A program made the position numbers and the translations under genes. A stretch of DNA of 64,000 nucleotides from an uncultured Verrucomicrobiota bacterium (GTDB lineage Bacteria > Verrucomicrobiota > Verrucomicrobiia > Limisphaerales > CAIMTB01). The stretch is from the NCBI GenBank assembly GCA_964608505.1, contig CAZSOV010000005.1:4114-68113 (forward strand), in the 5' to 3' direction. The stretch's first letter is position 1, and each line of letters begins with the position of its first letter. A model generated the notes under the pieces. The model did not search any database. It was not told the DNA's origin and saw only the letters and a program-made list of their open reading frames with translations. This document shows, one piece after another, positions 62,011 to 64,000 of the stretch.

Positions 62011-63194
62011 CACCTCACCCCTCCCTCGTAGTCGATCCACCACTCCTCGCGTTCCCGGCGCACCCCCTTCATCCGCGTTGCGCCGCGCTCCTCCGACTGC
62101 GCGATCCGGAAGAACCGCACCACGTCGCGCCGTGACACCTGGATCGTCTGCCGCGCCGTGTCGAACCGGGCCAACGGCTCGTCCGCGTAGGGCCCGCACG
62201 GTTGGGCGCTCGATTGCAGACTGAACACCCGCGGGCGGTACTCGAACCCCACCCGCCATTCCCCGGGCCCCGCCACGAACGTCGTGATCGCCATCCGCAC
62301 CTCGCCGCCCACCCGCAGGAAACCCGCCCCCGCTCCCGCCGTCGGGTTCGGCGTCCCGTCCGCCCGCGGCACCCGGAACTCGCGCCGCGCCAGGTCCAGC
62401 ACCGCGTTCGTCACCCGCGCGTACGGTCCCTCCGGACGCGACGCCCGTTCCAGGAACGGACGCGGCTGCGGAAACTCGTAATGGAACTGCCAGTCCTCCG
62501 CCGTCGGGCCCGTCATCCGCAGCGTCACCTCCGAATCCGCACGCAACCGGAAGAACCGTGCCACCCCGCCCGCGAGCAGCCGCATCCGTCTCGACTCCTC
62601 CTCGTACCCCACCCCCATCTCCACCGCGTAGGGGCCCGACGGCGACGACGACGTCTCGAGCAGGAAATACCGAGTCCGCGCCGTCACCTGCACCTCCCGC
62701 ACCCAGGCCACCGACCGTTCCCCGTCTCGATTGTCGAACAGATCCACGAACAACGACGTGCAACACCCCTGCCATGCCAGCGGCACCGTCAACGTCACCG
62801 CGAACGACATCTGCATCGGCCACGTCCCGAACTCCGCCGTCGGCCAGGCCGACGACTCGTGCCGCAACCCCGTCAGGCCCGCGTCCCAGCCCTCCGGCGA
62901 TCCCGCCGGAAGCCACGCGGCCCCGTGCACGTCCGTCACCCCCAGCAGCGCCCCGCCATGTTCCCCGTTCGTTTGCAGCGTCAGGCTCAGCGCGTCCCGG
63001 AACCCCTCCGCCTCCGTCCCTTCCCGCGAACCGAACCCCACCAGAAACGACACCCGATCCAGCCCCACGCCGAACGGCAGCTTCAACGCCACCTCCTCCG
63101 AATGCAGCGCGGTCCCCCCATCCGCCTCCAACCGCGTGCTCCCCGCCCCCCACGCCGGGACCCCCACGCCCAGCACCATCCCGAGACACACCAC
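62010..63194 (-). CDS. Secreted hypothetical protein (~394 aa): beta-sandwich-like N-domain plus three tandem 'GPY...FFR[LI]' modules; start uncertain (GTG 63194/63191 or ATG 63179)
   Basis: Frame of track ORF 62010..63749. Protein-like composition starts at VSWVVVCLGMVLGVGVPAWGAGS (signal peptide). Three modules: LLETSSSPSGPYAVE...VARFFRLRAD, LERASRPEGPYARV...AGFLRVGGE, LQSSAQPCGPYADE...VVRFFRIAQS. The upstream part of the ORF is G/R/P-rich and contains a REP-like hairpin. Confidence 0.75.
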   Translation of the reverse strand: MVCLGMVLGVGVPAWGAGSTRLEADGGTALHSEEVALKLPFGVGLDRVSFLVGFGSREGTEAEGFRDALSLTLQTNGEHGGALLGVTDVHGAAWLPAGSPEGWDAGLTGLRHESSAWPTAEFGTWPMQMSFAVTLTVPLAWQGCCTSLFVDLFDNRDGERSVAWVREVQVTARTRYFLLETSSSPSGPYAVEMGVGYEEESRRMRLLAGGVARFFRLRADSEVTLRMTGPTAEDWQFHYEFPQPRPFLERASRPEGPYARVTNAVLDLARREFRVPRADGTPNPTAGAGAGFLRVGGEVRMAITTFVAGPGEWRVGFEYRPRVFSLQSSAQPCGPYADEPLARFDTARQTIQVSRRDVVRFFRIAQSEERGATRMKGVRREREEWWIDYEGGVR

Positions 63195-63245
63195 GACCCA
63201 CGAAACGCCCCTTGCCCAACCGCCGACACCGGCGTCAGGTCGTCC

Positions 63246-63270
63246 CCCTCTCCCGTCCGACGGGAGAGGG
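63246..63270. repeat. REP-like perfect hairpin CCCTCTCCCG-TCCGA-CGGGAGAGGG
   Basis: 10-bp perfect GC-rich stem with a 5-nt loop, read directly. It lies about 50 nt upstream of the proposed start of gene 62010..63194. It has the same style as the GGGAGAGG-type palindromic elements common in GC-rich genomes. Confidence 0.5.
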
Positions 63271-63439
63271 CCGGGGTGAGGGTGACCCGCCCGGCCGTGG
63301 TGCGTCGCCCCAGCCCGGGCCTCGCCCTTCCTGAGCACGCCCTCCGCCCACCACGATCGCCCTGCACCGCGCAACGGCACGCGGCAACCGGGCCAGATTC
63401 GTTCCCCCCACGACATGCCCGCACCGTACCCGGCCAACC

Positions 63440-63454
63440 TTAATCCACCATTAA
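63440..63454. promoter_or_regulatory. Isolated AT-rich palindrome TTAAT-N5-ATTAA upstream of the giant-gene operon (candidate operator)
   Basis: TTAATCCACCATTAA is a perfect 5-N5-5 inverted repeat. It is the only AT-rich patch in the ~250 nt upstream of the first gene of the minus-strand operon. Function is inferred only. Confidence 0.2.
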
Positions 63455-63877
63455 CGCCGCCGCGTGGGGGCACGCGGCCTACCGCCCGATGGGTGCACCG
63501 ACCTGTAAGCCGGGGCCACCGACCCCCTCCCCCGCCCTTCTTTGCGTTCGTCGCGCCGGGGCGGGATCCACTCCCTCCGCGGTCCACCATGGCCGTTCGC
63601 ACGCAACGCCGCCACGACCGCAACGAGGCGCAGCCCAGTTCCCGCGCCCCTGCCGGGGCGCCTCTGCGAGGGGCTGGGGGAACCGGCGGCTGCGCCCACG
63701 CCGCGTGGGCTTGCCGCCGGCTACCTTCCGATGTCCCTCCGGGACCCAATCGATCCAGCGCTCATCACCGAGGCTCGGCCGCGGGACAACTTCCTTCGAA
63801 CTCAGCCTCGGCCGCCTTCCGCGGAATTAGGCCGTCTGAGACCGTCCTCCAAGTCGCGGAGCGACGACCGAAGGTTG

Positions 63878-63904
63878 CCGGGGCCTTCAGGCCCCGGTTT
63901 CGTT
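63878..63904 (+). terminator. Intrinsic-terminator-like hairpin (orphan)
   Basis: CCGGGGCC-TTCA-GGCCCCGG perfect 8-bp stem followed by TTTCGTT. No convincing plus-strand CDS lies upstream. It is flanked by two copies of GTCGCGGAGCGAC (63853-63865, 63922-63934). Confidence 0.35.
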
Positions 63905-64000
63905 CTCCCTCTCTTCCATGCGTCGCGGAGCGACGCTCGACCAGGTCCCCCGGAGCCGAATCCAAAAGACCGGAGCCCAGCCCCGGCATGATCCCCCTGT

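Noticed and set aside
62011-63219. 5' extension of the 5001-aa track ORF (RHS frame) up to 63219.
   Set aside because: This part reads as G/R/A/V low-complexity sequence (MGKGRFVGRGVSRDGAGRGGPGVGGG...). It overlaps a different frame with clear protein-like sequence and three repeated modules (gene 62010..63194). The RHS gene therefore starts at or after 62010.

Overview
This is a 64-kb, visibly GC-rich bacterial chromosomal window (about two-thirds G+C by eye, not computed). Its gene content is typical of the PVC superphylum (Verrucomicrobiota/Planctomycetota): a DUF1501 + PSCyt/DUF1549/DUF1553 pair, PQQ-like beta-propellers, a PEP-CTERM anchor, an FGE-sulfatase-family protein and beta-helix giant proteins. 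All domain names come from motif recognition by eye; no HMM or BLAST search was possible. Left part (1-24.7 kb): housekeeping and envelope/glycan genes, including proC, an AI-2E transporter, ybaB-recR, a HAD hydrolase, glycosidase-like proteins and an RRM RNA-binding protein. This part also holds two diverged, inverted copies of an IS200-like/RAYT-like Y1 transposase gene. Middle (24.9-32.8 kb): a nine-heme c-type cytochrome lies divergent from a compact putative sulfur-handling cluster. That cluster comprises a YeeE/YedE-like membrane protein, a sulfite-oxidase-family Mo enzyme, a DsrE-like protein, an atypical 5'-nucleotidase/SoxB-superfamily metallophosphoesterase, DUF202, and a thioredoxin with a membrane CxxxxC hairpin. 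Right part (32.9-63.2 kb, all on the minus strand) is the most interesting region. Three genes joined by stop/start overlaps are followed by an OmpR-type response regulator and a histidine kinase. The three genes are a secreted ~394-aa protein, a ~4.5-kaa RHS/YD-repeat protein and a 4289-aa beta-sandwich/beta-helix protein. The RHS protein has a teneurin-like layout and an unrecognised 469-aa C-terminal payload. The two giants occupy about 40% of the window. I see no recognisable secretion-system, chaperone or immunity gene nearby. A peculiar triple repeat sits at the junction in front of the RHS gene. Many long ORFs in the supplied track are GC-rich shadow frames and are rejected.
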